From an uncultured delta proteobacterium (GTDB lineage: Bacteria > Myxococcota_A > Polyangia > Polyangiales > Polyangiaceae): DNA of 64,000 bases. The translations under genes and the position numbers were made by a program. Under the pieces are notes generated by a model that was not told the origin of the DNA, did not search any database, and saw nothing but the letters and a program-made list of their open reading frames with translations. Shown in pieces: positions 21,236-33,191 of the stretch; position 1 is the first letter of the stretch; every line of letters starts with the position of its first letter. The DNA is taken from contig CAWAIF010000003.1 of assembly GCA_963782055.1 (NCBI GenBank), forward strand, positions 1,952,001 to 2,016,000, read 5' to 3'.

Positions 21236-21975
21236 GCGGCGCGTTCGGGTCCCTCGGTCTGGAGGCGGCGTTCCTCCTGGTGCTGGGCGCCGCGCTGTGG
21301 TTCGCCGCGCGCGGCGTGCGGTGGGTGATCGGCGTGTTTCCCATGAACAAGGAGCGGCGCGCCGCGCTCTTGCGCACCAGCCCGGTCGCCGGTGCGGCCC
21401 TGACGCTGCTGTACCTGCTCTTCCCGGCGCGCACGCTCTTTCGCCGGCAGCCCGTGGCGCTGCCCATCGTTCTCGCCCTGGTCGTCACGGCGTTCGTCGC
21501 CGCCGCCTGGCCGATGGCCCGCGACTTCCTGGCCGGCGTCGCGCTCAAGACCGGGCGAGTGTGCGACGAGGGCGACGAGGTGCGCATCGGGGACGTGGAG
21601 GGGCGTGTCGTGCGCATGGGCCATCGCGTGCTCGTGATCGAGACGCGAGACGGAGACGAAGCGATCCTGCCGTACGCCGGAGTCGCGAGAGAGGCGGTGG
21701 TGCGCACGCGCACGCTCGGCGGCGTCACCCCTCACAAGTTCAGGATCGAGGCTCCTCCGGCGGACCCGTTCGCGGAGCTTCGCGCGCAGATCATACGCGT
21801 CACGCTGCTCTGCCACTGGTCGGCCTTCGCGCGAGAGCCCGAGGTCGTTCCGGCAGGCGACAGGAGCATCGAGGTCACGGTGTTCTGCCTCGACGGCGCT
21901 CACGGTCGCGACATCGAGACGGCGGTGCGCAGCGCGATCCGGGAGGGGGGCTCGCCGCGCGCCGCCGGCGGGTGA
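21232..21975 (+). CDS. MscS-family mechanosensitive channel domain protein
   Basis: Three TM helices then RDFLAGV..GDEVRIGDVEGRV..MG.R...IETRDG....LPY; ATGA overlap with the upstream stop. Confidence 0.75.
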   Translation: MSGAFGSLGLEAAFLLVLGAALWFAARGVRWVIGVFPMNKERRAALLRTSPVAGAALTLLYLLFPARTLFRRQPVALPIVLALVVTAFVAAAWPMARDFLAGVALKTGRVCDEGDEVRIGDVEGRVVRMGHRVLVIETRDGDEAILPYAGVAREAVVRTRTLGGVTPHKFRIEAPPADPFAELRAQIIRVTLLCHWSAFAREPEVVPAGDRSIEVTVFCLDGAHGRDIETAVRSAIREGGSPRAAGG

Positions 21976-22060
21976 CTGGCGCCGTTCGCCGCACGCTTTG
22001 CGCTTGCGTCGCGGGTGCCTCGACCGAAGGCTGGTGAAGCGCGGCGATCGGCGAGCGTAG

Positions 22061-24265
<2,205 letters not shown>

Positions 24266-24340
24266 CGCGCGCGGGTGGCTGGGGGTGAGCGGCGGCGCGT
24301 CTACACGTCGGCGCGGATCGGTGTAGCCTCTCCGGTCGCC

Positions 24341-24898
24341 ATGGAACCATCGGAGAGCACCGGTCACGAAGTGGTCCTGCGTTTCTGGTTCGAGGAGACG
24401 ACGCCGCAGCAACACTTCCGCAAGGACGCCGCCTTCGACGCGCTCATCCGCGAGCGCTTCGGCGACCTGCAGCGTGCCGCGTCGCGCGGCGAGCTGTTCG
24501 GATGGCGCGACACGCCCGGCGGGCGCCTGGCGGAGATCCTCGTGCTGGACCAGCTCTCGCGGAACATCTTTCGCGACTCGGCCGAGGCCTTCGCGTCCGA
24601 CGCCGTGGCGCTGGTGCTCGCGCAGGAGGCGGTGCGCTGCGGCGCCGACGCCGCGCTCCCCCCGGAGCGACGCGCCTTCCTCTACATGCCCTACATGCAC
24701 AGCGAGTCGCGACGGGTCCACGCCGTGGCGGCGACGCTCTTCGAGTCACTGGGCATCGCCGAGAACCTGAAATACGAGCTCGCTCACAAGGCCATCATCG
24801 ATCGCTTCGGCCGCTATCCGCATCGGAACGCCGTGCTCGGGCGCGAGTCCACCGACGAGGAGCGAGCCTTTCTGCAGGAGCCCGGCTCCTCCTTCTGA
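24341..24898 (+). CDS. DUF924 family protein
   Basis: VLRFWF, LAEILVLDQLSRNIFR, FLYMPYMHSE, IIDRFGRYPHRNAVLGRESTDEE. Confidence 0.9.
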   Translation: MEPSESTGHEVVLRFWFEETTPQQHFRKDAAFDALIRERFGDLQRAASRGELFGWRDTPGGRLAEILVLDQLSRNIFRDSAEAFASDAVALVLAQEAVRCGADAALPPERRAFLYMPYMHSESRRVHAVAATLFESLGIAENLKYELAHKAIIDRFGRYPHRNAVLGRESTDEERAFLQEPGSSF

Positions 24899-24961
24899 GC
24901 GCTGAGACGCGCGTTCCTTGCGTTCCTCGACGTCGCCGGGCGCGTGCGGTACGACGGCCGC

Positions 24962-26047
24962 ATGCCCATCGACCACTACGTCACCCTCGGCCACTCCGGT
25001 CTCCGCGTCAGCCCGTTCTGCCTCGGCGCCATGACCTTCGGCAAGGAGTGGGGGTGGGGCTGCGAGCCGGCAGACGCGAAGCGCATCGTCGATCGCTTCC
25101 TGGATCGCGGCGGCAACTTCATCGACACCGCCAACGGCTACACCAAGGGCCACTCCGAGGCGATCCTCGGCGAGCACCTCGGACACGACCGGAGCAAACG
25201 CGACCGCGTGGTGCTCGCCACCAAGTTCCTCAGCAACATGTTCCTCGGCGACCCGAACGGCGGCGGCTCCAACCGCAAGGCGGTCATTGCGCAGTGCGAG
25301 GAGTCGCTCCGTCGCCTCCGCACCGATTACATCGACCTGTACTGGATGCACGCCTGGGACAGGACGACGCCGATCGAGGAGACGATGCGCGCGCTCGATA
25401 CGCTCGTCGAGCAGGGCAAGGTCCGCTACCTCGGCTTCAGCGACACCCCGGCGTGGAAGGTGGCGCAGGCGCAGACGATGGCGCAGCTCCGGGCGTGGTC
25501 GCCGCTCATCGCGCTGCAGATCGAGTACTCGCTCCTGCAGCGGACGGTGGAGGGCGAGCTCGTCCCCATGGCGCGCGAGCTCGGCCTCGGCATCACGCCG
25601 TGGGGACCGCTGCGCGGCGGCGCGCTGAGCGGCAAGTACAAGCGCGCCGACAGGGGCAAGCACCAGGCCGGTCGCGGCGCGCGCGTGACGAGCTACCTCG
25701 ACGACCGCACGTTCGATCTCCTCGATCTCATGGAGCGCACCGCGACCGAGCTCGGCACGACGGTGGCGCGCGTCGCGCTCGCGTGGGTGCAGGGGCGTCC
25801 GGGCGTCGCGTCCACCATCATCGGCGCGCGCACCATCGAGCAGCTCGACGACAACCTCGGCGCGCTGGACGTGAAGCTCGGCGCCGCGCACGTGGAGGCG
25901 CTCGACAAGGCGACGACGCCGGCCCTCCCGTTCCCCACCGACATGCTCGGCGCCGTCCCGACCTTCGCGTTCGGCGGCACGACCATCGACGGTCAGTCGT
26001 CGACGGCGTGGCCGGCGGCGCCGCAGAACGACGGCGAGCGGTTCTGA
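24962..26047 (+). CDS. Aldo/keto reductase
   Basis: LGHSGLRVS..CLGAMTFG, FIDTANGY, LATKF, SLRRLRTDYIDLYWMH, GKVRYLG. Confidence 0.95.
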   Translation: MPIDHYVTLGHSGLRVSPFCLGAMTFGKEWGWGCEPADAKRIVDRFLDRGGNFIDTANGYTKGHSEAILGEHLGHDRSKRDRVVLATKFLSNMFLGDPNGGGSNRKAVIAQCEESLRRLRTDYIDLYWMHAWDRTTPIEETMRALDTLVEQGKVRYLGFSDTPAWKVAQAQTMAQLRAWSPLIALQIEYSLLQRTVEGELVPMARELGLGITPWGPLRGGALSGKYKRADRGKHQAGRGARVTSYLDDRTFDLLDLMERTATELGTTVARVALAWVQGRPGVASTIIGARTIEQLDDNLGALDVKLGAAHVEALDKATTPALPFPTDMLGAVPTFAFGGTTIDGQSSTAWPAAPQNDGERF

Positions 26048-26066
26048 GCGTCGAAGACCCCAGACC

Positions 26067-27527
26067 TCAGGTTCCGCAGAACGTCGCCCGGACGCGCTCG
26101 TGCGGCTCGGGCGGCTCGGCGAGGTGCGCGGCCTCCGGCTGATCGTCGAACGGGCGCGCGAGCACGCGCACCAGCGTCTCGAACGGGCGGAGATCGCCGT
26201 CGGTCGCCGCGGCGATCGCCCGCTCGATCCGGTGGTTTCTGGGGATGAACGCGGGGTTCGCGCGGCGCATGGCCTCGCCGCGCGCCTCCGGGTCGCTCCC
26301 CTCCGCGGCGAGCCGCGCGCGCCACCGCTCGGCCCACTCGTGGAAGGCGCCCGGATCGTCGAAGAGCTCCGCGGCGGCATCCGGCTGCGCGGCGACGTTC
26401 GACAGCGCGCGGAAGAAGACCGTGTAGTCGACCTCGCTCGTCGCGAGGCGCGACATCAGGTCCATCGCCAGCTCCAGATCGCCGGGGACCTCGGTCGCGA
26501 GTCCGAGCTTCGCCCGCATCACGCCGCCGAACGCCGTGTCGAACCGGGCATTGAAGGCGTGGAGTCGATCGGTCGCGAGCCGCGCGGCCTCCTCTTCGTC
26601 CTTCGAGACGAGCGGCAAGAGCGACTCGCCGAGACGCGCCAGGTTCCACAGCGCCATGCGTGGCTGGTTCATGAAGGCGTACCGTCCGCCCACGTCGATC
26701 GAGCTGAACTTCTTCTGCGGGTGGTACTCGTCGAGGAACGCGCACGGGCCGTAGTCGATCGTCTCGCCGGAGATGGAGGTGTTGTCGGTGTTCATGACTC
26801 CGTGGACGAACCCGACGCCGAGCCACCGCGCGACGAGCGAGGCCTGCGCGTCCACGACGTGCTCCAGGAGCGCGAGCGCGGCGTTCGGAGCGGAGAGCGC
26901 CTCGGGGTAGTGCCGCTCGAGCGCGTGCTGCGTGAGCGTCTTGAGGGCCTCGACGTCGTCGCGCGAGGCGAAGTACTCGAAGGTACCGACGCGCAGGTGG
27001 CTCGCGGCGACGCGCGCCAGCACCGCGCCGGGCAGCGCGGTCTCGCGCTGGACCGGCTCGCCCGTCGCGACCGCGGCCAGCGCGCGCGTCGTCGGGATGC
27101 CGAGCGCGGCCATCGCCTCGCTCACGACGTACTCGCGGAGCACCGGGCCGAGGGCGGCTCGCCCGTCGCCGCCCCGCGAGAAGGGCGTCCGGCCGGCGCC
27201 CTTGAGCTGGATGTCTCGGCGCTTGCCGTCGGTGCCGACGACCTCGCCGAGCAGCACGGCGCGGCCATCCCCGAGCCGCGCGACGAAGGCGCCGAACTGG
27301 TGGCCGGCGTAGGCGAGGGCGATCGGATCGGAGCCTTCGGCCCGCGCGTTTCCGGCGAGCACGGCCACGCCGTCGTCGGCGGCGAGCGCGGCCGGGTCGA
27401 GCCCGAGCAGCGCCGCGAGCGGCTCGTTGAGCGCGAGGAGCGTGGGCCTTCGCACTGCCGTGGGCGTCGTGCGCGTGAAGAAGCGATCGGGGAGGCGCGC
27501 GTAGGTGTTGTCGAAGGCGATGAGCAT
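26067..27527 (-). CDS. selO: Protein adenylyltransferase SelO (YdiU family)
   Basis: YAGHQFG, LGDGRA, QLKGAGRTPFSRGGDGRA, GFVHGVMNTDN, IDYGP, NP..IPRNH, C-terminal TFCGT. Confidence 0.95.
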   Translation of the reverse strand: MLIAFDNTYARLPDRFFTRTTPTAVRRPTLLALNEPLAALLGLDPAALAADDGVAVLAGNARAEGSDPIALAYAGHQFGAFVARLGDGRAVLLGEVVGTDGKRRDIQLKGAGRTPFSRGGDGRAALGPVLREYVVSEAMAALGIPTTRALAAVATGEPVQRETALPGAVLARVAASHLRVGTFEYFASRDDVEALKTLTQHALERHYPEALSAPNAALALLEHVVDAQASLVARWLGVGFVHGVMNTDNTSISGETIDYGPCAFLDEYHPQKKFSSIDVGGRYAFMNQPRMALWNLARLGESLLPLVSKDEEEAARLATDRLHAFNARFDTAFGGVMRAKLGLATEVPGDLELAMDLMSRLATSEVDYTVFFRALSNVAAQPDAAAELFDDPGAFHEWAERWRARLAAEGSDPEARGEAMRRANPAFIPRNHRIERAIAAATDGDLRPFETLVRVLARPFDDQPEAAHLAEPPEPHERVRATFCGT

Positions 27528-27667
27528 GCGGCGAGGCGGACGTTAGCGGGAAATTCCGCCGGCGTGGGAATCGACGCGGCGGTGCTCTTCCCGATGCGCC
27601 CGCGTCTGCATCTCGGTGGCGGCGCCGAAAGCTCTTCCGGCGCCAGGGTCTTGTGTACACTGCCCGG

Positions 27668-28477
27668 ATGCCAGGTGCCCCGCGCGTTGCCGTCTGGGTC
27701 TCGATGCTCTTCGTCGCGGCGTGCGTTGGGGACTCGCCCGGCGGGCCGACCTCCGGGCAGGCGGGCGGGCCGTGCTTCTCCAACGGCACGTGCAACGCGG
27801 GCCTCTCCTGCGTCGGCGGCTTCTGCGTCGCCGTGGACGCGGGGGGCGACGACGGGGCCTCACCGTCGAGCGACGGCGGGGCCGACGGGTCGAGCGGCGA
27901 GGGAGGCGTGGACACCCAGAACGATCCGAACAACTGCGGGACGCTCGGCCACGTGTGCCCCTCGCATCGTTGCAAAGGGGGCGACTGCTTCCGCCGCGTC
28001 TTCGTCACCAGCGGGACCACGAAGGGTACGTTCGGCGGCGCGGCCGGCGCCGACAACGTCTGCAAGGTGTCGGTCGGAGGCACCACGATGAAGGGGACCT
28101 TCTACGCGTGGGTCAGCACGTCGTCCTCCAGCCCTGCGACCCACTTCACCAAGGGCACCGCGCCCTACGTTCTCGTCGACGGCACCACCGTGGTCGCGAA
28201 CGACTACGCGGGCCTGGCCGGCGTGAACGGGACCGTGACGCTCGCCCACGCCATCGACACGGACGAGAACGGCGTCCAGAAGGCCAACGCGGACGTCTGG
28301 ACCGCCACGCACCCCGACGGGACCGAGAACGGCCCGCCCAACTGCTCCGACTTCGGCGCGCAGCCGTCCGACGCCAACGCGCCCGTCGGCTCGTCGAGCA
28401 TGGTGAACACGACGTGGACGGAGAGCACGACGCTGCCGTGCGGGACCTTCGCGCACGTGTACTGCGTGGAGCAGTGA
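27668..28477 (+). CDS. Cys-rich lipoprotein with DUF1554-like domain
   Basis: Lipobox FVAAC; D.NNCG..GH.C repeat; RVFVTS...G.FGG..GADNVC, AWVS, VWTAT, YCVEQ. Confidence 0.75.
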   Translation: MPGAPRVAVWVSMLFVAACVGDSPGGPTSGQAGGPCFSNGTCNAGLSCVGGFCVAVDAGGDDGASPSSDGGADGSSGEGGVDTQNDPNNCGTLGHVCPSHRCKGGDCFRRVFVTSGTTKGTFGGAAGADNVCKVSVGGTTMKGTFYAWVSTSSSSPATHFTKGTAPYVLVDGTTVVANDYAGLAGVNGTVTLAHAIDTDENGVQKANADVWTATHPDGTENGPPNCSDFGAQPSDANAPVGSSSMVNTTWTESTTLPCGTFAHVYCVEQ

Positions 28478-28629
28478 CCAGGCTCCCGCGCCATCCGGCA
28501 TCCGGGACCACCCCGGCATCGTCGACGTGACCTGCACGCGCTGAAGCGGAGCCGGCAGCGATGCCGGACGCGCGCCCCCGGGCGGAAGTTCCGGTAGAAC
28601 ACGCCGCGCTCCTCGTCTACGGTCGCCGC

Positions 28630-29616
28630 ATGCAGACCGCGCAATTCGGTGGACCGCTCTCCGCGCTCCGGGACCCCGCCACCGGAAACCAGACGTCGGG
28701 GCGCCTGTTCGGCACCATCTCGTACGAGGCGCAAGGCGACGTATCGCAGGTGATGCCCATGGTGCAGCAGGCCGTGCTCAACGCCGCGGTCCAGGTGATC
28801 ACCGAGAAGCTCCAAACGAACCAGGTCGCGCTGCCCACGCTCGCGCAGAGCCTGCCGTACTTCGCGCAGGAGATCATCGGGCGCAGCGGCGCGCAGCAGT
28901 ACGGCGTCCAGATCACCCAGCTCGTGATGCAGGTGCAGCTGGAGAACGCGGGCATGCCGCAGCAGCCGCCGCCCCCGCAACAGATGCCCCCCACGCCGAT
29001 GCAGGCGATGCAGAGCTCGCTGGAGCAGCAGGCGCAGGACCGGCTCGACCCGCGCAACTACAACGTCAAGGCGCGGATCAACGTGGGCGGGTTCAGGATC
29101 AAGGCCAGCACCGACGGTGGGGTGGATACCGCGGGGCTCATGAGCCAGGCCAAGGACAAGGCCAAGTCGACGGTGATCTGGTGGGCGGGGGGCTGCCTGG
29201 TCTTGCTGGTCGTCGGGATCGGGCTGCTCGCGCTCGCGTTGTACGTCTACCGCCAGGCCGGGACCGCCTCGACGCCGGCCGCCGGTACCGCGACGGCGGT
29301 GGCCTGGGACGGCAAGGCGCCGTTCACGTGCGGCGGCAACGAGCACGTCAAGCTCTCCGGCGTCACCGCGAACCTCACGTCGGGCACCGCCGTGAGCGCA
29401 TCGGGCAACTGCGACCTGGAGCTCGCGGACTGCGACATCACGGCCCCGACGGCGATCGCGGCGTCCGGCAACGCGAAGGTCACCGTCACGGGTGGGAGCG
29501 TCAGCGGCAGCGATGACGCCGCGACGGCCGCCGCCAACGCTCACGTCACGTTCTCCGGCACGAAGGTGACGGGCAAGAAGAAGCAGAGCGGGCTGGGGAA
29601 AGTCGTCGGTCCCTGA
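28630..29616 (+). CDS. Membrane-anchored protein: Gln-rich N-terminus, TM helix, beta-helix-like C-terminal domain
   Basis: One TM helix (WWAGGCLVLLVVGIGLLALAL); TCGG...GNCDLEL domain shared with the next gene. Confidence 0.75.
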   Translation: MQTAQFGGPLSALRDPATGNQTSGRLFGTISYEAQGDVSQVMPMVQQAVLNAAVQVITEKLQTNQVALPTLAQSLPYFAQEIIGRSGAQQYGVQITQLVMQVQLENAGMPQQPPPPQQMPPTPMQAMQSSLEQQAQDRLDPRNYNVKARINVGGFRIKASTDGGVDTAGLMSQAKDKAKSTVIWWAGGCLVLLVVGIGLLALALYVYRQAGTASTPAAGTATAVAWDGKAPFTCGGNEHVKLSGVTANLTSGTAVSASGNCDLELADCDITAPTAIAASGNAKVTVTGGSVSGSDDAATAAANAHVTFSGTKVTGKKKQSGLGKVVGP

Positions 29617-29735
29617 TCCGTCGCCCGCCTTCGCGCAGCAAATCCGCGCGCGGCTGCGCGCCGGCGCGACGAACTGGCGACCAGCCTGCCATTCGTAGTA
29701 CAGATTGCCTTCTCGGGGGGAGAAGGCGGGCGGGC

Positions 29736-30536
29736 ATGGCATCGGGCGCGAAGAAGATCTCGTCGATCGTGGGCGGAGGACTGTTCGGGGTGTTGCTCCT
29801 GCTGTGGGTGGTCCCACCGACTCACGGGATGATCCTCGGCTTCATCGAGGTCCACCTCTGGGAGCTGAAGCACGGCAAGGACCAGCTCACCTGCGGCGGC
29901 TCGCAGCGCATGACCATTCGCGGACAGAAGATCGTGGTCAAGTCCGGCGATCTGACGGGCCCCTTCGCCGACATGGGGCTGATCGACGTGGGCGGTGACT
30001 GCCAGCTCGAGATCATCGACAGCGACATCGAGGCGCCGAAGGTCCTCAGCGCGGGCGGGTCCGCCCACGTGCTCATCCAGGGCGGCCACATCACCGGCAC
30101 CGAGGAGGCCATCTCCTCCGGCGGCGACGCGGTCGTGGAGGTGAAGGGAGCGAAGGTGGACGGGAAGGTCAGCGGGAGGCCGGCCAACCTGGTCGGCATC
30201 TCCACGACGAAGGAGGGCGACACCCCGCGCGCGTCAGGACCGAAGGGGTGGGACGAGCTCGCCTGCCAGGGCGTGGCCGCCTGCTTCTCCGAGGCCGGCT
30301 TCGCCGGGAACGTGAGCGTCACCGTCACCTCGAAGGTCTCGGCGAGCGGGAAGGTGACGGGCGCCGAGCTGGAGGGCGACGCTCCCGCGGACGTGCAGAA
30401 GTGCATCGTCAAGGGCGCCCGCGCCAAGACGCTCAGTGATTACGACGGCAAGCCCGGCAAGCTGGTCTGCAAGCTGGTGGGCACCATCAACGGCGGGACG
30501 CAGATGCTCTCGGTCGACTCGACGTTCTCGCACTGA
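29736..30536 (+). CDS. Membrane-anchored protein with a paralogous beta-helix-like domain and a Cys-containing C-terminal domain
   Basis: N-terminal TM helix; LTCGG...GGDCQLEI..SDIEAP; C-terminal ACF...SGKVT...CI pattern. Confidence 0.75.
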   Translation: MASGAKKISSIVGGGLFGVLLLLWVVPPTHGMILGFIEVHLWELKHGKDQLTCGGSQRMTIRGQKIVVKSGDLTGPFADMGLIDVGGDCQLEIIDSDIEAPKVLSAGGSAHVLIQGGHITGTEEAISSGGDAVVEVKGAKVDGKVSGRPANLVGISTTKEGDTPRASGPKGWDELACQGVAACFSEAGFAGNVSVTVTSKVSASGKVTGAELEGDAPADVQKCIVKGARAKTLSDYDGKPGKLVCKLVGTINGGTQMLSVDSTFSH

Positions 30537-30542
30537 GGCGCG

Positions 30543-31934
30543 TCACGGGCAGAGGGTGACCACGTAGCCCATGTCGGAGTCGCCCCCGTCGCGGAAGAGC
30601 TCCGGCGAGGCACCGTCCCAGAGGCCGCTGTACGAGCCGGGCATGGTGATGGTGTTGCCGTCGCTCGCGATGCCGCCGGGCGCGCCACCGACGGACACGA
30701 CCCAGCGCGGTCGCCCGTCCGGGTCCAGCGAGGCGACGAAGGTGCCGTCGTCGTGCGCGACGGGGGCGCGCGCCGCGCTGGCCTTGCCCACGGTCTTGCG
30801 GTCGCCATAGCCCATGACGACGACGCTGCCGTCCTGCAGCACGGTGGCGTCGGCGAGGCCGGAGTTCGAGGACCAGGCGTCCTGCCAGCGCGGGCGACCG
30901 TCGGCGTCGACGAGCTCCAGCACCGTCGAGGGGTCGGTGCCGCGGTGGGCCTTCGCGCCGCCGCGGTGCCAGAGGAAGAAGCGCTCCCCGCTCGAGGTCG
31001 CGACGGCGCCGGGGTCGCCGCTCGCCGTGATCTGTGCGGTGCTCGTGGTCTTGCCGCCGGCGCCGATGGTCACCGCGCGCACCAGGCCCTCCTCCCCGGC
31101 CTTGGAGGTGTTCGTGCCGAGCGCCACGGCGCCGGCGGCGCTGGCCGCGATGCCGCTGGCCAGGTCCGGGAGCTTGGCCGTCCAGGCGACCTTGCCCGCG
31201 GAGTCGACCTTGAGCAGGACCACGCCCTCGTCGTCGGCTTGTCGCACCAGCGTCGTCTCCGGCGTGCGGAGCGCTCCGCCGAAGACGACCTGGCAGATCA
31301 CGCCTCCGTCGTCGGTCGCGACGATCGGGCCCGTCTCCGGACCGTCCTCGTCGTCGTCACTCAGGGCGAGGCGCCACCGCTCGTGTCCGCCGGCGTCCAG
31401 CGCGACGATGGCTGCGAGGGGCGCCTGCTTCCGCTCGGCGATGGCGATCACCGGTCCGGAAGGGGTCAGGACGGCGTCGGCCGCGTTGGCCAGGACGCGG
31501 GCGCTCCAGGCGACGTGCCCGCTGTCGCTCGCCAGCACGACGATGGGCTCCTCCGCCTTGGTGCCGATCTTCCCGATCCTGCCGGCGATCATCAGCCGCC
31601 CACCGAGCGGGGAGACGCGCTCCAGGGCGAGGTGCGGCCACGGTCCCATCAGCAGGGTGCGGGAGACGTCGCCGCCCGCGCCGCACGGCCGCGGTCCGCG
31701 CGCCTCCAGGTCGCCCCTCAGCGCGGGTGGCAGATCCGCGAAGAGCGGCGGTGAGGATGCCGGCGGCGTGACGAGCGCCGGCGCCGTCGTCGTCGCCGAG
31801 GCGGCAGGCCGGGTCGACCCCTTGCCGCGAAGCCAGACCACGGCCCCCACGATCACCGCCAGACCGACGACGGCGATCGCTGCCACGGCCGCGACGACGA
31901 ACCAGACCAGTCCGCTTCCTCCCCTTCCGTTCAT
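30543..31934 (-). CDS. Membrane-anchored beta-propeller-like protein
   Basis: N-terminal TM helix; recurring LD.xG...W motifs (ALDAGGHERW, KVDSAGKVAW, SLDPDGRPRW). Confidence 0.7.
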   Translation of the reverse strand: MNGRGGSGLVWFVVAAVAAIAVVGLAVIVGAVVWLRGKGSTRPAASATTTAPALVTPPASSPPLFADLPPALRGDLEARGPRPCGAGGDVSRTLLMGPWPHLALERVSPLGGRLMIAGRIGKIGTKAEEPIVVLASDSGHVAWSARVLANAADAVLTPSGPVIAIAERKQAPLAAIVALDAGGHERWRLALSDDDEDGPETGPIVATDDGGVICQVVFGGALRTPETTLVRQADDEGVVLLKVDSAGKVAWTAKLPDLASGIAASAAGAVALGTNTSKAGEEGLVRAVTIGAGGKTTSTAQITASGDPGAVATSSGERFFLWHRGGAKAHRGTDPSTVLELVDADGRPRWQDAWSSNSGLADATVLQDGSVVVMGYGDRKTVGKASAARAPVAHDDGTFVASLDPDGRPRWVVSVGGAPGGIASDGNTITMPGSYSGLWDGASPELFRDGGDSDMGYVVTLCP

Positions 31935-32040
31935 CGGAGCGGACGGTACAACGGACGCGGCGCCTGGTGTGGAGGGGAAGCGTGCCGGCCAGCGGCCGCG
32001 AGGCACGACGTCCCGGGGGCGAGCGGCTGTACGGGCGCCG

Positions 32041-33051
32041 TCAGGGGACGAGCACGGCGCGGAAGCGGACGCGGTTCTCCATCATCCTGGAGAACGCCTC
32101 CTCGGCGCGCTCGAGCGGGAACTTCTCGACCCGCGGCCTGACCTTGGTGCGCGCGGCGAACGCCATCGTCTCCTCCGAGTCGATCGCCGAGCCGCTCGGC
32201 CAGCCGGCGATCGTCTTGCCGCTGAGGAGAGGGAACGCCGAGATCTGCATCGGCTCGAACGGGGCCGCCACGATGAGCAGCTTGCCGCGCGGCTTGAGGC
32301 CGCCGACCGTCGACGCGATCGCCGTGCTGCTGGGCGCGGTCGCGAGGACGAGGTCGGCCCCGCCGAGGCGCTGGAGGCCCTCGGCCGCGTCGACCGAGCT
32401 GGTGTCCACGTAGTCGTCGGCGCCGAGCTCGCGCGCGAGCTTCTCCTTCTGGGCGCCGTGCGAGAGGGCGACGGTGCGGAACCCCAGGCGAGACGCGAAC
32501 TGCAGGGCGAGATGTCCGAGCCCGCCGATGCCTTGCACCGCGAGCGTCCCCCCGGGCAGGACGCCGCTGTGGCGGATGGCGTTGAAGGTGGTGATGCCGG
32601 CGCACATGAGCGGTCCGGCGTCGGCGGCGTCGAGCGCCTCGGGGATGCGCGCGGCCGCCTGCTGCGGGACGACGGCGTAGTCGGCGTAGCCGCCGTCGAA
32701 GCTCACGCCGGTGACGCGCCCGTTCCGGCAGTTGATGAAATGCCCGCCGCGACACGCCGCGCACTCGCCGCAGTGACCGCCGTACCAGCCGACGCCCACC
32801 CGGTCGCCGGCCTTCCACATCCGTACGTTGGCGCCGACCGCGTCGACGCGGCCCGCGACCTCGTGTCCGGGCACTCGCGGCAGCACGATGCCCGGGTACC
32901 CGCCCGATCGGGTGAGCACGTCGCTGTGGCAGACGCCGCAGGCCTCCACCTTGATCCGGATCTCGTCGGGCCCGGGATCGCGGACCTCTCGCTCGACGAT
33001 CTCGAACGGGGCGTTGGCTTTCGTGGCCTGTACGGCGCGCATCTTCGGCAT
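32041..33051 (-). CDS. Zinc-dependent alcohol dehydrogenase
   Basis: GVCHSD, PGHE, CGECAACRGG...C, CAGITT, GIGGLGH. Confidence 0.95.
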   Translation of the reverse strand: MPKMRAVQATKANAPFEIVEREVRDPGPDEIRIKVEACGVCHSDVLTRSGGYPGIVLPRVPGHEVAGRVDAVGANVRMWKAGDRVGVGWYGGHCGECAACRGGHFINCRNGRVTGVSFDGGYADYAVVPQQAAARIPEALDAADAGPLMCAGITTFNAIRHSGVLPGGTLAVQGIGGLGHLALQFASRLGFRTVALSHGAQKEKLARELGADDYVDTSSVDAAEGLQRLGGADLVLATAPSSTAIASTVGGLKPRGKLLIVAAPFEPMQISAFPLLSGKTIAGWPSGSAIDSEETMAFAARTKVRPRVEKFPLERAEEAFSRMMENRVRFRAVLVP

Positions 33052-33191
33052 GGGGTGGCCTCCGGGACGGGTGCGGCGATCGGTCGGCGCAACGTGGGGT
33101 CATGGTGCGCCGGTGTCAACTCGCCGGGCTGGACCTCGCCCGACCGCCGGCAACTGGCCCGGACCGGCCGCCCGCCGTATCCTGCAGGAGG

